DNA from: Eledone cirrhosa
Lineage: Eukaryota
Length of the DNA stretch: 64,000 nucleotides
NCBI GenBank assembly: GCA_964016885.1
Contig: OZ024740.1
Coordinates: 8,370,001 to 8,434,000, forward strand
Reading direction: 5' to 3'
The stretch's first letter is position 1. Every line of letters starts with the position of its first letter. A model generated the notes under the pieces. That model worked only from the letters and a program-made list of their open reading frames with translations, made no database searches and was not told the DNA's origin. The translations under genes were made by a program, and so were the position numbers. This document shows, piece after piece, positions 53,030-64,000 of this stretch.

Positions 53030-54880
53030 CGATTAGTATGTCAGTTTCTACAGGTATGTCAGTTTCGATTAGTATATCAGTTTCTAATGGTATGTCAGTT
53101 TCTATTGGTATATCAGATTCGATTGGTATATCACTTTCGATTAGTATGTCAGTTTCTATTGGTATGTCAGTTTTGATTGGTATGTCAGTTTCGATTGGTT
53201 TATCAGTTACGATTGGTATGTAAGTTTTGATTGGTATGTCAGTTTCGATTGGGATGTCAGTTTCGATTAGTATATCAGTTTCTATTGGTATGTCAGTTTC
53301 GATTGGTATATCAATTTCAATTTGTATATCAGTTCCTATTGGTATGTCAGTTTCAATTGTTATGTTAGTTTCTATTGGTATATCAGTTTTGACTGGTATA
53401 ACAGTTTCGATTAGTATGTCAGTTTCGATTGTTATGTCAGTTTCGATTTGTATATCAGTTCCGATTGGTAAGTCAGTCTCGATTGGTATGTCAGTTTCGA
53501 TTGGTATATCAGTTTCGATTGGTATGTCGGTTTCGATTGGTATGTCAGTTTCGATTAGTATATCAGTTTATATTGGTATATCAGTTTCGATTGGTATCTC
53601 GGTTTCTATTGTTATATCACTTTCTATTGGTATGTCAGTTTCGATAGGTATGTCAGTTTCTATTGGTATATCAGTTTCGATTGGTATGTAAGTTTCTATT
53701 GGTATGTCAGTTTCGATTGGTATATCAGTTTCGATTGGTATGTCAGTTTCAATTGCTATATCAGTTTCTATTTGTATGTCAATTAGGATAGGTATGTCAG
53801 TTTCTATTTGTATATCAGTTTCGATTAGTATGTCAGTTTCTATTGGTATGTCAGTTTCTATTGGTATATCAGTTCTATTGGTATGTCAGTTTTGAGTGGT
53901 ATATCAGTTTCGATTGGTATGTTAGTTTCGATTAGTATGTCAGTTTCTACAGGTATGTCAGTTTCGATTAGTATATCAGTTTCTAATGGTATGTCAGTTT
54001 CTACTGGTATATCAGATTCGATTGGTATATCACTTTCGATTAGTATGTCAGTTTCTATTGGTATGTCAGTTTTGATTGGTATATCAGTTTCAATTGGTAT
54101 GTCAGTTTCGATTGGTATGTCAGTTTCGATTGGTTTATCAGTTACGATTGGTATGTAAGTTTTGATTGGTATGTCAGTTTCGATTGGGATGTCAGTTTCG
54201 ATTAGTATATCAGTTTCTATTGGTATGTAAGTTTCGATTGGTATATCAATTTCAATTTGTATATCAGTTCCTATTGCTATATCAGTTTCTATTGGTATGT
54301 CAGTTTCAATTGTTATGTTAGTTTCTATTGGTATATCAGTTTTGACTGGTATATCAGTTTCGATTAGTATGTCAGTTTCGATTGTTATGTCAGTTTCGAT
54401 TTGTATATCAGTTCCGATTGGTAAGTCAGTCTCGATTGGTATGTCAGTTTCGATTGGTATATCAGTTTCGATTGGTATGTCGGTTTCGATTGGTATGTCA
54501 GTTTCGATTAGTATATCAGTTTATATTGGTATATCAGTTTCGATTGGTATCTCAGTTTCTATTGTTATATCACTTTCTATTGGTATGTCAGTTTCGATAG
54601 GTATGTCAGTTTCTATTGGTATATCAGTTTCGATTGGTATGTAAGTTTCTATTGGTATGTCAGTTTCGATTGGTATATCAGTTTCGATTGGTATATCAGT
54701 TTCAATTGTTATATCAGTTTCTATTTGTATGTCAATTAGGATAGGTATGTCAGTTTCTATTTGTATATCAGTTTCGATTAGTATGTCAGTTTCTATTGGT
54801 ATGTCAGTTTCTATTGGTATATCAGTTTCTATTGGTATGTCAGTTTTGAGTGGTATATCAGTTTCGATTGGTATGTTAGT
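53030..54880 (+). repeat. Higher-order tandem duplication of ~953 bp (53 monomers) x2; boundaries approximate
   Basis: 53429/54382 and 53704/54657 strings match at offset 953. Shared variants GGTAAGTCAGTCTCG and TTTTGAGTGG. Confidence 0.8.
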
Positions 54881-55919
54881 TTCGATTGGTATGTCAGTTT
54901 CGATTGGTATATCAGTTCCGGTTGGTATGTCAGTTTCGATTGTTATGTCAGTTTCGATTGGTATGTCAGTTTCGATTGGTATGTCAATTTCGATGTGTAT
55001 ATCAGTTTCTATTAGTATGTTAGTTTCTATTGGAATATCAGTTTCGATTGGTATATCTGTTTCGATTAGTATGTCAGTTTCTATTTGTATGTTAGTTTCG
55101 ATTAGTATATCAGTTTCTATTGGTATGTAAGTTTCGATCGGTATGTCAGTTTCTATTGATATATCAGTTTCGATTGGTATATCAGTTTCGATTGGTATAT
55201 CAGTTTCTATTGGTATGTCAGTTTCTATTGGTATATCAGTTTGGATTGGTATATCAGTTTCGATTAGTATGTCAGTTTCGATTGTTATGTCAGTTTCGAT
55301 TTGTATATCAGTTCCGATTGGTATGTCAGTCTCGATTGGTATGTCAGTTTTGATTGGTATATCAGTTTCGATTGGTATGTCGGTTTCGATTGGTATGTCA
55401 GTTTCGATTAGTATATCAGTTTATATTGGTATATCAGTTTCAATTGGTATCTCAGTTTTTATTGTTATATCACTTTCTACTGGTATGTCAGTTTCGATAG
55501 GTATGTCGGTTTCTATTGGTATATCAGTTTCGATTGGTATGTAAGTTTCTATTGGTATGTCAGTTTCGATTGGTATATCAGTTTCGATTGGTATGTCAGT
55601 TTCAATTGTTATATCAGTTTCTATTTGTATGTCAATTAGGATAGGTATGTCAGTTTCTATTGGTATATCAGTTTCGATTGGTATATCAGTTTCTATTGGT
55701 ATGTCAGTTTCTATTGGTATATCAGTTTCTATTGGTATCTCAGTTTCGATTGGTATATCAGTTTCGATTGGTATGTCAGTTTCAATTGTTATATCAGTTT
55801 CTATTTGTATGTCAATTAGGATAGGTATGTCAGTTTCTATTGGTATATCAGTTTCGATTGGTATATCAGTTTCTATTGGTATGTCAGTTTCTATTGGTAT
55901 ATCAGTTTCTATTGGTAAG

Positions 55920-58900
55920 TCAGTTTTGATTGGTATATCAGTTTCGATTGGTATGTCAGTTTCGATTGGTATGTCAGTTTCGATTGGTATGTCAGTTTCG
56001 ATCGGTATGTCAATTTCAATTGGTATATCAGTTTCTATTGGTATGTCAGTTTCGAGTGGTATGTCAGTTTCTATTGGTATATAAGTTTCGATTGATATAT
56101 CAGTTTCGATTAGTATGTCAGTTTCAACTGGTATGTCAGTTTCGATTAGTATATCAGTTTCTATTGGTATGTCAGTTTCGATTGGTATATCAGTTTCGAT
56201 TTGTATATCAGTTCCTATTGCTATATCTATTTCTATTGGTATGTCAGTTTCAATTGGTTTGTCAGTTTCGATTGGTATGTCAGTTTCGATTGGTTTATCA
56301 GTTCCAATTGGTATGTAAGTTTTGATTGGTATGTCAGTTTCGATTGGCATATCAGTTTCGATTGGTATATCAGTTTCTATTGGTATGTCAGTTTCTCTTG
56401 GTATGTCAGTTTCTATTGGTATATCAGTTTCGATTGGTATATCAGTTTCGAATAGTATGTCAGTTTCTAATGGTATGTCAGTTTCGATTAGTATATCAGT
56501 TTCTATTGGTATGTCAGTTTCGATTGGTATATCAGTTTCGATTTGTATATCAGTTCCTATTGCTATATCAGTTTCTATTGGTATGTCAGTTTCAATTGGT
56601 ATGTAAGTTTCGATTGATGTATCAGTTTTGATTGGTATGTCAGTTTCGATTGGTATCTCAGTTTCGATTGGTATGTCAATTTCAATTAGTATATCAGTTT
56701 CTATTGCTATATCAGTTTCGATTTGTATGTCAGTTTCGATTAGTATATCAGTTTCTATAGGTATGTCAATTTCTATTGGTATATCTGTTTCAATTGGTAT
56801 ATCAGTTTCTATTGGTATATCAGTTTCGATTGATATATCAGTTTCGATTAGTATGTCAGTTTCTACTGGTATGTCAGTTTCGATTAGTATATCAGTTTCT
56901 ATTGGTATGTCAGTTTCTATTGGTATATCAGTTTCGATTGGTATATCAGTTTCGATTAGTATGTCAGTTTCTATTAGTATGTCAGTTTCTACTGGTATGT
57001 CAGTTTCGATTGGTATGTCAGTTTCGATTGGTATGTCAGTTTCGATTGGTATGTCAATTTCGATTGGTATATCAGTTTCTATTGGTATGTCAGTTTCGAG
57101 TGGTATGTCAGTTTCTATTGGTATATCAGTTTCGATTGATATATCAGTTTCGATTAGTATGTCAGTTTCTACTGGTATGTCAGTTTCGATTAGTATATCA
57201 GTTTCTAATGGTATGTCAGTTTCTATTGGTATATCAGATTCGATTGGTATATCATTTTTGATTAGTATGTCAATTCCGATTGGTATGTAAGTTTTGATTG
57301 GTATGTCAGTTTAGATTGGTATATCAGTTTCGATTGGTATGTCAGTTTCGATTGGTATGTCAGTTTCGATTGGTATATCAGTTCCGATTGGTATGTCAGT
57401 TTCGATTGGTATGTCAGTTTCGATTGGTATATCAGTTTCGATTGGTATGTAAGTTTCGATTGGTATGTCAATTTCAATTGGTATATCAGTTTCTATTGGT
57501 ATGTCTGTTTCGAGTGGTATGTCAGTTTCTATTGGTATATAAGTTTCGATTGATATATCAGTTTCGATTAGTATATCAGTTTCTATTGGTATGTCAGTTT
57601 TGATTGGTATATCAGTTTCGATTGGTATGTCAGTTTCGATTGGTATGTCAGTTTCGATTGGTTTATCAGTTCCGATTGGTATGTCAGTTTCGATTGGTAT
57701 GTCAGTTTCGATTGGTATGTCAGTTTCGATTGGTGTGTCAATTTCGATGTGTATATCAGTTTCTATTAGTATGTTAGTTTCTATTGGAATATCAGTTTCG
57801 ATTGGTATATCTGTTTCGATTAGTATGTCAGTTTCTATTTGTATGTTAGTTTCGATTAGTATATCAGTTTCTATTGGTATGTCAGTTTCGATCGGTATGT
57901 CAGTTTCTATTGATATATCAGTTTCGATTGGTATATCAGTTTCGATTGGTATATCAGTTTCTATTGGTATGTCAGTTTCTATTGGTGTATCAGTTTCTAT
58001 TGGTATGTCAGTCTTGATTGGTATATCAGTTTCGATTGGTATGTCAGTTTCGATTGGTATGTCAGTTTCGATTGGTATATCAGTTTCGATTGGTATGTCA
58101 GTTTCGATCGGTATGTCAATTTCAATTGGTATATCAGTTTCTATTGGTATGTCAGTTTCGAGTGGTATGTCAGTTTTCTATTGGTATATAAGTTTCGATT
58201 GATATATCAGTTTCGATTGGTATGTAAGTTTTGATTGGTATGTCAGTTTCGATTGGTATATCAGTTTCGATTAGTATATCAGTTTCTATTGGTATGTCAG
58301 TTTCGATCGGTATGTCAGTTTCTATTGATATATCAGTTTCGATTGGTATATCAGTTTCGATTGGTATATCAGTTTCTATTGGTATGTCAGTTTCTGTTGG
58401 TATATCAGTTTCTATTGGTATGTCAGTTTTTATTGGTATATCAGTTTCGATTGGTATGTCAGTTTCGATTGGTATGTCAGTTTCGATTGGTATATCAGTT
58501 TCGATTAGTATGTCAATTTCAATTGGTATATCAGTTTCTATTGGTATGCCAATTTCGAGTGGTATGTCAGTTTCTATTGGTATATAAGTTTCGATTGATA
58601 TATCAGTTTCGATTAGTATGTCAGTTTCTACTGGTATGTCAGTTTCGATTAGTATATCAGTTTCTATTGGTATGTCAGTTTCGATTGGTATATCAGTTTT
58701 GATTTGTATATCAGTTCCTATTGCTATATCTATTTCTATTGGTATGTCAGTTTCAATTGGTATGTCAGTTTCGATTGGTATGTCAGTTTCGATTGGTTTA
58801 TCAGTTCCGATTGGTATGTAAGTTTTGATTGGTATGTCAGTTTCGATTGGCATATCAGTTTCGATTGGTATATCAGTTTCTATTGGTATGTCATTTTCTC

Positions 58901-61900
58901 TTGGTATGTCAGTTTCTATTAGTATATCAGTTTCGATTGGTATATCAGTTTCGAATAGTATGTCAGTTTCTAATGGTATGTCAGTTTCGATTAGTATATC
59001 AGTTTCTATTGGTATGTCAGTTTCGATTGGTATATCAGTTTCGATTTGTATATCAGTTCCTATTGCTATATCAGTTTCTATTGGTATGTCAGTTTCAATT
59101 GGTATGTAAGTTTCGATTGATGTATCAGTTTTGATTGGTATGTCAGTTTCGATTGGTATCTCAGTTTCGATTGGTATGTCAATTTCAATTAGTATATCAG
59201 TTTCTATTGGTATATCAGTTTCGATTTGTATGTCAGTTTCGATTAGTATATCAGTTTCTATAGGTATGTCAATTTCTATTGGTATATCTGTTTCAATTGG
59301 TATATCAGTTTCTATTGGTATATCAGTTTCGATTGATATATCAGTTTCGATTAGTATGTCAGTTTCTACTGGTATGTCAGTTTCGATTAGTATATCAGTT
59401 TCTATTGGTATGTCAGTTTCTATTGGTATATCAGTTTCGATTGGTATATCAGTTTCGATTAGTATGTCAGTTTCTATTAGTATGTCAGTTTCTACTGGTA
59501 TGTCAGTTTCGATTGGTATATCAGTTTCGATTGGTATGTCAGTTTCGATTGGTATGTCAATTTCGATTGGTATATCAGTTTCTATTGGTATGTCAGTTTC
59601 GAGTGGTATGTCAGTTTCTATTGGTATATCAGTTTCGATTGATATATCAGTTTCGATTAGTATGTCAGTTTCTACTGGTATGTCAGTTTCGATTAGTATA
59701 TCAGTTTCTAATGGTATGTCAGTTTCTATTGGTATATCAGATTCGATTGGTATATCATTTTCGATTAGTATGTCAGTTCCGATTGGTATGTAAGTTTTGA
59801 TTGGTATGTCAGTTTAGATTGGTATATCAGTTTCGATTGGTATGTCAGTTTCGATTGGTATGTCAGTTTCGATTGGTATATCAGTTCCGATTGGTATGTC
59901 AGTTTCGATTGGTATGTCAGTTTCGATTGGTATATCAGTTTCGATTGGTATGTAAGTTTGGATTGGTATGTCAATTTCAATTGGTATATCAGTTTCTATT
60001 GGTATGTCAGTTTCGAGTGGTATGTCAGTTTCTATTGGTATATAAGTTTCGATTGATATATCAGTTTCGATTAGTATATCAGTTTCTATTGGTATGTCAG
60101 TTTTGATTGGTATATCAGTTTCGATTGGTATGTCAGTTTCGATTGGTATGTCAGTTTCGATTGGTTTATCAGTTCCGATTGGTATGTCAGTTTCGATTGG
60201 TATGTCAGTTTCGATTGGTATGTCAGTTTCGATTGGTATGTCAATTTCGATGTGTATATCAGTTTCTATTAGTATGTTAGTTTCTATTGGAATATCAGTT
60301 TCGATTGGTATATCTGTTTCGATTAGTATGTCAGTTTCTATTTGTATGTTAGTTTTGATTAGTATATCAGTTTCTATTGGTATGTCAGTTTCGATCAGTA
60401 TGTCAGTTTCTATTGATATATCAGTTTCGATTGGTATATCAGTTTCGATTGGTATATCAGTTTCTATTGGTATGTCAGTTTCTAATGGTATATCAGTTTC
60501 TATTGGTATGTCAGTTTTGATTGGTATATCAGTTTCGATCGTTATGTCAGTTTCAATTGGTATGTCAGTTTCGATTGGTATATCAGTTTTGATTGGTATG
60601 TCAGTTTCGATCGGTATGTCAATTTCAATTGGTATATCAGTTTCTATTGGTATGTCAGTTTCCAGTGGTATGTCAGTTTCTATTGGTATATAAGTTTCGA
60701 TTGATATATCAGTTTTGATTAGTATGTCAGTTTCTACTGGTATGTCAGTTTCGATTAGTATATCAGTTTCTATTGGTATGTCAGTTTCGATTGGTATATC
60801 AGTTTCGATTTGTATATCAGTTCCTATTACTATATCTGTTTCTATTGGTATGTCAGTTTCAATTGGTATGTCAGTTTCGATTGGTATGTCAGTTTCGATT
60901 GGTTTATCAGTTCCGATTGGTATGTAAGTTTTGATTGGTATGTCAGTTTCGATTGGTATATCAGTTTCGATTAGTATATCAGTTTCTATTGGTATGTCAG
61001 TTTCGATCGGTATGTCAGTTTCTATTGATATATCAGTTTCGATTGGTATATCAGTTTCGATTGGTATATCAGTTTCTATTGGTATGTCAGTTTCTGTTGG
61101 TATATCAGTTTCTATTGGTATGTCAGTTTCGATTGGTATGTCAGTTTCGATTGGTATGTCAGTTTCGATTGGTATATCAGTTTCGATTGGTATGTCAGTT
61201 TCGATCGGTATGTCAATTTCAATTGGTATATCAGTTTCTATTGGTATGCCAGTTTCGAGTGGTATGTCAGTTTCTATTGGTATATAAGTTTCGATTGATA
61301 TATCAGTTTCGATTAGTATGTCAGTTTCTACTGGTATGTCAGTTTCAATTAGTATATCAGTTTCTATTGGTATGTCAGTTTCGATTGGTATATCAGTTTC
61401 GATTTGTATATCAGTTCCTATTGCTATATCTATTTCTATTGGTATGTCAGTTTCAATTGGTATGTCAGTTTCGATTGGTATGTCAGTTTCGATTGGTTTA
61501 TCAGTTCCGATTGGTATGTAAGTTTTGATTGGTATGTCAGTTTCGATTGGCATATCAGTTTCGATTGGTATATCTGTTTCTATTAGTATGTCAGTTTCTC
61601 TTGGTATGTCAGTTTCTATTGGTATATCAGTTTCGGTTGGTATATCAGTTTCGAATAGTATGTCAGTTTCTAATGGTATGTCAGTTTCGATTAGTATATC
61701 AGTTTCTATTGGTATGTCAGTTTCGATTGGTATATCTGTTTCGATTTGTATATCAGTTCCTATTGCTATATCAGTTTCTATTGGTATGTCAGTTTCAATT
61801 GGTATGTAAGTTTCGATTGATGTATCAGTTTTGATTGGTATGTCAGTTTGGATTGGTATCTCAGTTTCGATTGGTATGTCAATTTCAATTAGTATATCAG

Positions 61901-62200
61901 TTTCTATTGGTATATCAGTTTCGATTTGTATGTCAGTTTCGATTAGTATATCAGTTTCTATAGGTATGTCAATTTCTATTGGTATATCTGTTTCAATTGG
62001 TATATCAGTTTCTATTGGTATATCAGTTTCGATTGATATATCAGTTTCGATTAGTATGTCAGTTTCTACTGGTATGTCAGTTTCGATTAGTATATCAGTT
62101 TCTATTGGTATGTCAGTTTCTATTGGTATATCAGTTTCGATTGGTATATCAGTTTCGATTAGTATGTCAGTTTCTATTAGTATGTTAGTCTCAATTAGTA
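55920..62200 (+). repeat. Higher-order repeat of ~2.5-2.7 kb, 2 full copies plus a partial one; boundaries approximate
   Basis: Offsets of 2503 (56115/58618, 56322/58825, 57262/59765, 57591/60094) and 2700 = 150x18 (58231/60931, 58825/61525, 59131/61831). Confidence 0.85.
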
Positions 62201-64000
62201 TATCAGTTTCTATTGGTATGTCAGTCTCGATCGGTATGTCAGTTCCCATTGATATATCAGTTTCGATTGGTATTTCAGTTTCGATTTGTATATCAGTTCC
62301 TATTGCTATATCTGTTTCTATTGGTATGTCAGTTTCAATTGGTATGTCAGTTTCGATTGGTATGTCAGTTTCGATTGGTTTATCAGTTCCGATTGGTATG
62401 TAAGTGTTGATTGGTATGTCAGTTTCGATTGGTATATCAGTTTCGATTAGTATATCAGTTTCTATTGGTATGTCAGTTTCGATCGGTATGTCAGTTTCTA
62501 TTGATATATCAGTTTCGATTGGTATATCAGTTTCGATTGGTATATCAGTTTCTATTGGTATATCAGTTTCTGTTGGTATATCAGTTTCTATTGGTATGTC
62601 AGTTTTGATTGGTATATCAGTTTCGATTGGTATGTCAGTTTCGATTGGTATGTCAGTTTCGATTGGTATATCAGTATCGATTGGTATGTCAGTTTCGATC
62701 GGTATGTCAATTTCAATTGGTATATCAGTTTCTACTAGTATGTCAGTTTCGATTAGTATATCAGTTTCTATTGGTATGTCAGTTTCGATTGGTATATCAG
62801 TTCCGATTTGTATATCAGTTCCTATTGCTATATCTATTTCTATTGGTATGTCAGTATCAATTGGTATGTCAGTTTCGATTGGTATGTCAGTTTCGATTGG
62901 TTTATCAGTTCCGATTGGTATGTAAGTTTTGATTGGTATGTCAGTTTCGATTGGTATGTCAATTTCGATGTGTATATCAGTTTCTATTAGTATGTTAGTT
63001 TTTATTGAAATATCAGTTTCGATTGGTATATCTGTTTCGATTAGTATGTCAGTTTCTATTTGTATGTTAGTTTTGATTAGTATATCATTTTCTATTGGTA
63101 TGTCAGTTTTGATTGGTATATCAGTTTCTATTGGTATGTCAGTTTTGATTGGTATATCAGTTTCGATTGGTATGTCAGTTTCGATTGGTATGTCAGTTTC
63201 GATTGGTATATCAGTATCGATTGGTATGTCAGTTTCGATCGGTATGTCAATTTCAATTGGTATATCAGTTTCTATTGGAATGTCAGTTTCGAGTGGTATG
63301 TCAGTTTCTATTGGTATATAAGTTTCGATTGATATATCAGTTTCGATTAGTATGTCAGTTTCTACTAGTATGTCAGTTTCGATGAGTATATCAGTTTCTA
63401 TTGGTATGTCAGTTTCGATTGGTATATCAGTTCCGATTTGTATATCAGTTCCTATTGCTATATCTATTTCTATTGGTATGTCAGTTTCAATTGGTATGTC
63501 AGTTTCGATTGGTATGTCAGTTTCGATTGGTTTATCAGTTCCGATTGGTATGTAAGTTTTGATTGGTATGTCAGTTTCGATTGGTATATCAGTTTTGATT
63601 GGTATATCAGTTTCTATTGGTATGTCAGTTTTGATTGGTATGTCAGTTTCTATTGGTATATCAGTTTCGATTGGTATATCAGTTTCGAATAGTATGTCAG
63701 TTTCTAATGGTATGTCAGTTTCGATTAGTATATCAGTTTCTATTGGTATGTCAGTTTCGATTGGTATATCAGTTTCGATTTGTATATCAGTTCCTATTGC
63801 TATATCAGTTTCTATTGGTATGTCAGTTTCAATTGGTATGTAAGTTTCGATTGATGTATCAGTTTTGATTGGTATGTCAGTTTCGATTGGTATCTCAGTT
63901 TCGATTGGTATGTCAATATCAATTAGTATATCAGTTTCTATGGTATATCAGTTTCGATTTGTATGTCAGTTTCTATTAGTATATCAGTTTCTATAGGTAT

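Larger units (their letters stand above)
39739..64000 (+). repeat. 18-bp satellite array, segment 3 (continues past the window end)
   Basis: Same monomer and orientation; no non-satellite interruption seen. Confidence 0.99.

Noticed and set aside
452-64000. Hundreds of plus-strand SVSIGM / LVCQFR / YVSFDW ORFs
   Set aside because: These are translations of an 18-bp (3n) repeat, frequently broken by TCA->TAA variants and frameshifts.
473-64000. CRISPR array
   Set aside because: Monomers are directly adjacent with no unique spacers, there are no cas genes, and the context is eukaryotic LINEs.

Overview
Eukaryotic satellite DNA, not a gene-rich region. About 59.6 kb (~3,300 copies) of the window is a single head-to-tail 18-bp tandem repeat, consensus TCAGTTTC(G/T)ATTGGTAT(G/A), all in one orientation and built from nested 1-7 kb segmental duplications. 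Nearly all ORFs in the track (SVSIGM / IETDIP / LVCQFR / YVSFDW repeats) are translation artefacts of this repeat. Three RTE-clade non-LTR retrotransposon (LINE) sequences sit in or at the edge of the array. The first is a 3' end at 1-474. The second is a 3.2-kb 5'-truncated copy at 14265-17446 with a stop-free APE-endonuclease/RT ORF. The third is a 0.7-kb 5'-truncated copy at 39034-39740, nearly identical to the second. All three share the same strand, end in 8-9 GAT triplets, and join the satellite at the same nucleotide of the 18-mer (GGT|AT(G/A)TCA), even though they represent two different 3'-UTR subfamilies. The RT carries a canonical C4HC3 PHD finger inserted between its KTK and FCYLG motifs. 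The 3' UTR is built from reiterated, co-varying hairpin/pseudoknot modules. The best candidate for an undescribed system is a recently active, PHD-finger RTE retrotransposon that inserts at a fixed register and orientation into an 18-bp (possibly centromeric or heterochromatic) satellite. The 3' tail resembles octopus RTE/SINE tails as I recall them; this is unverified.
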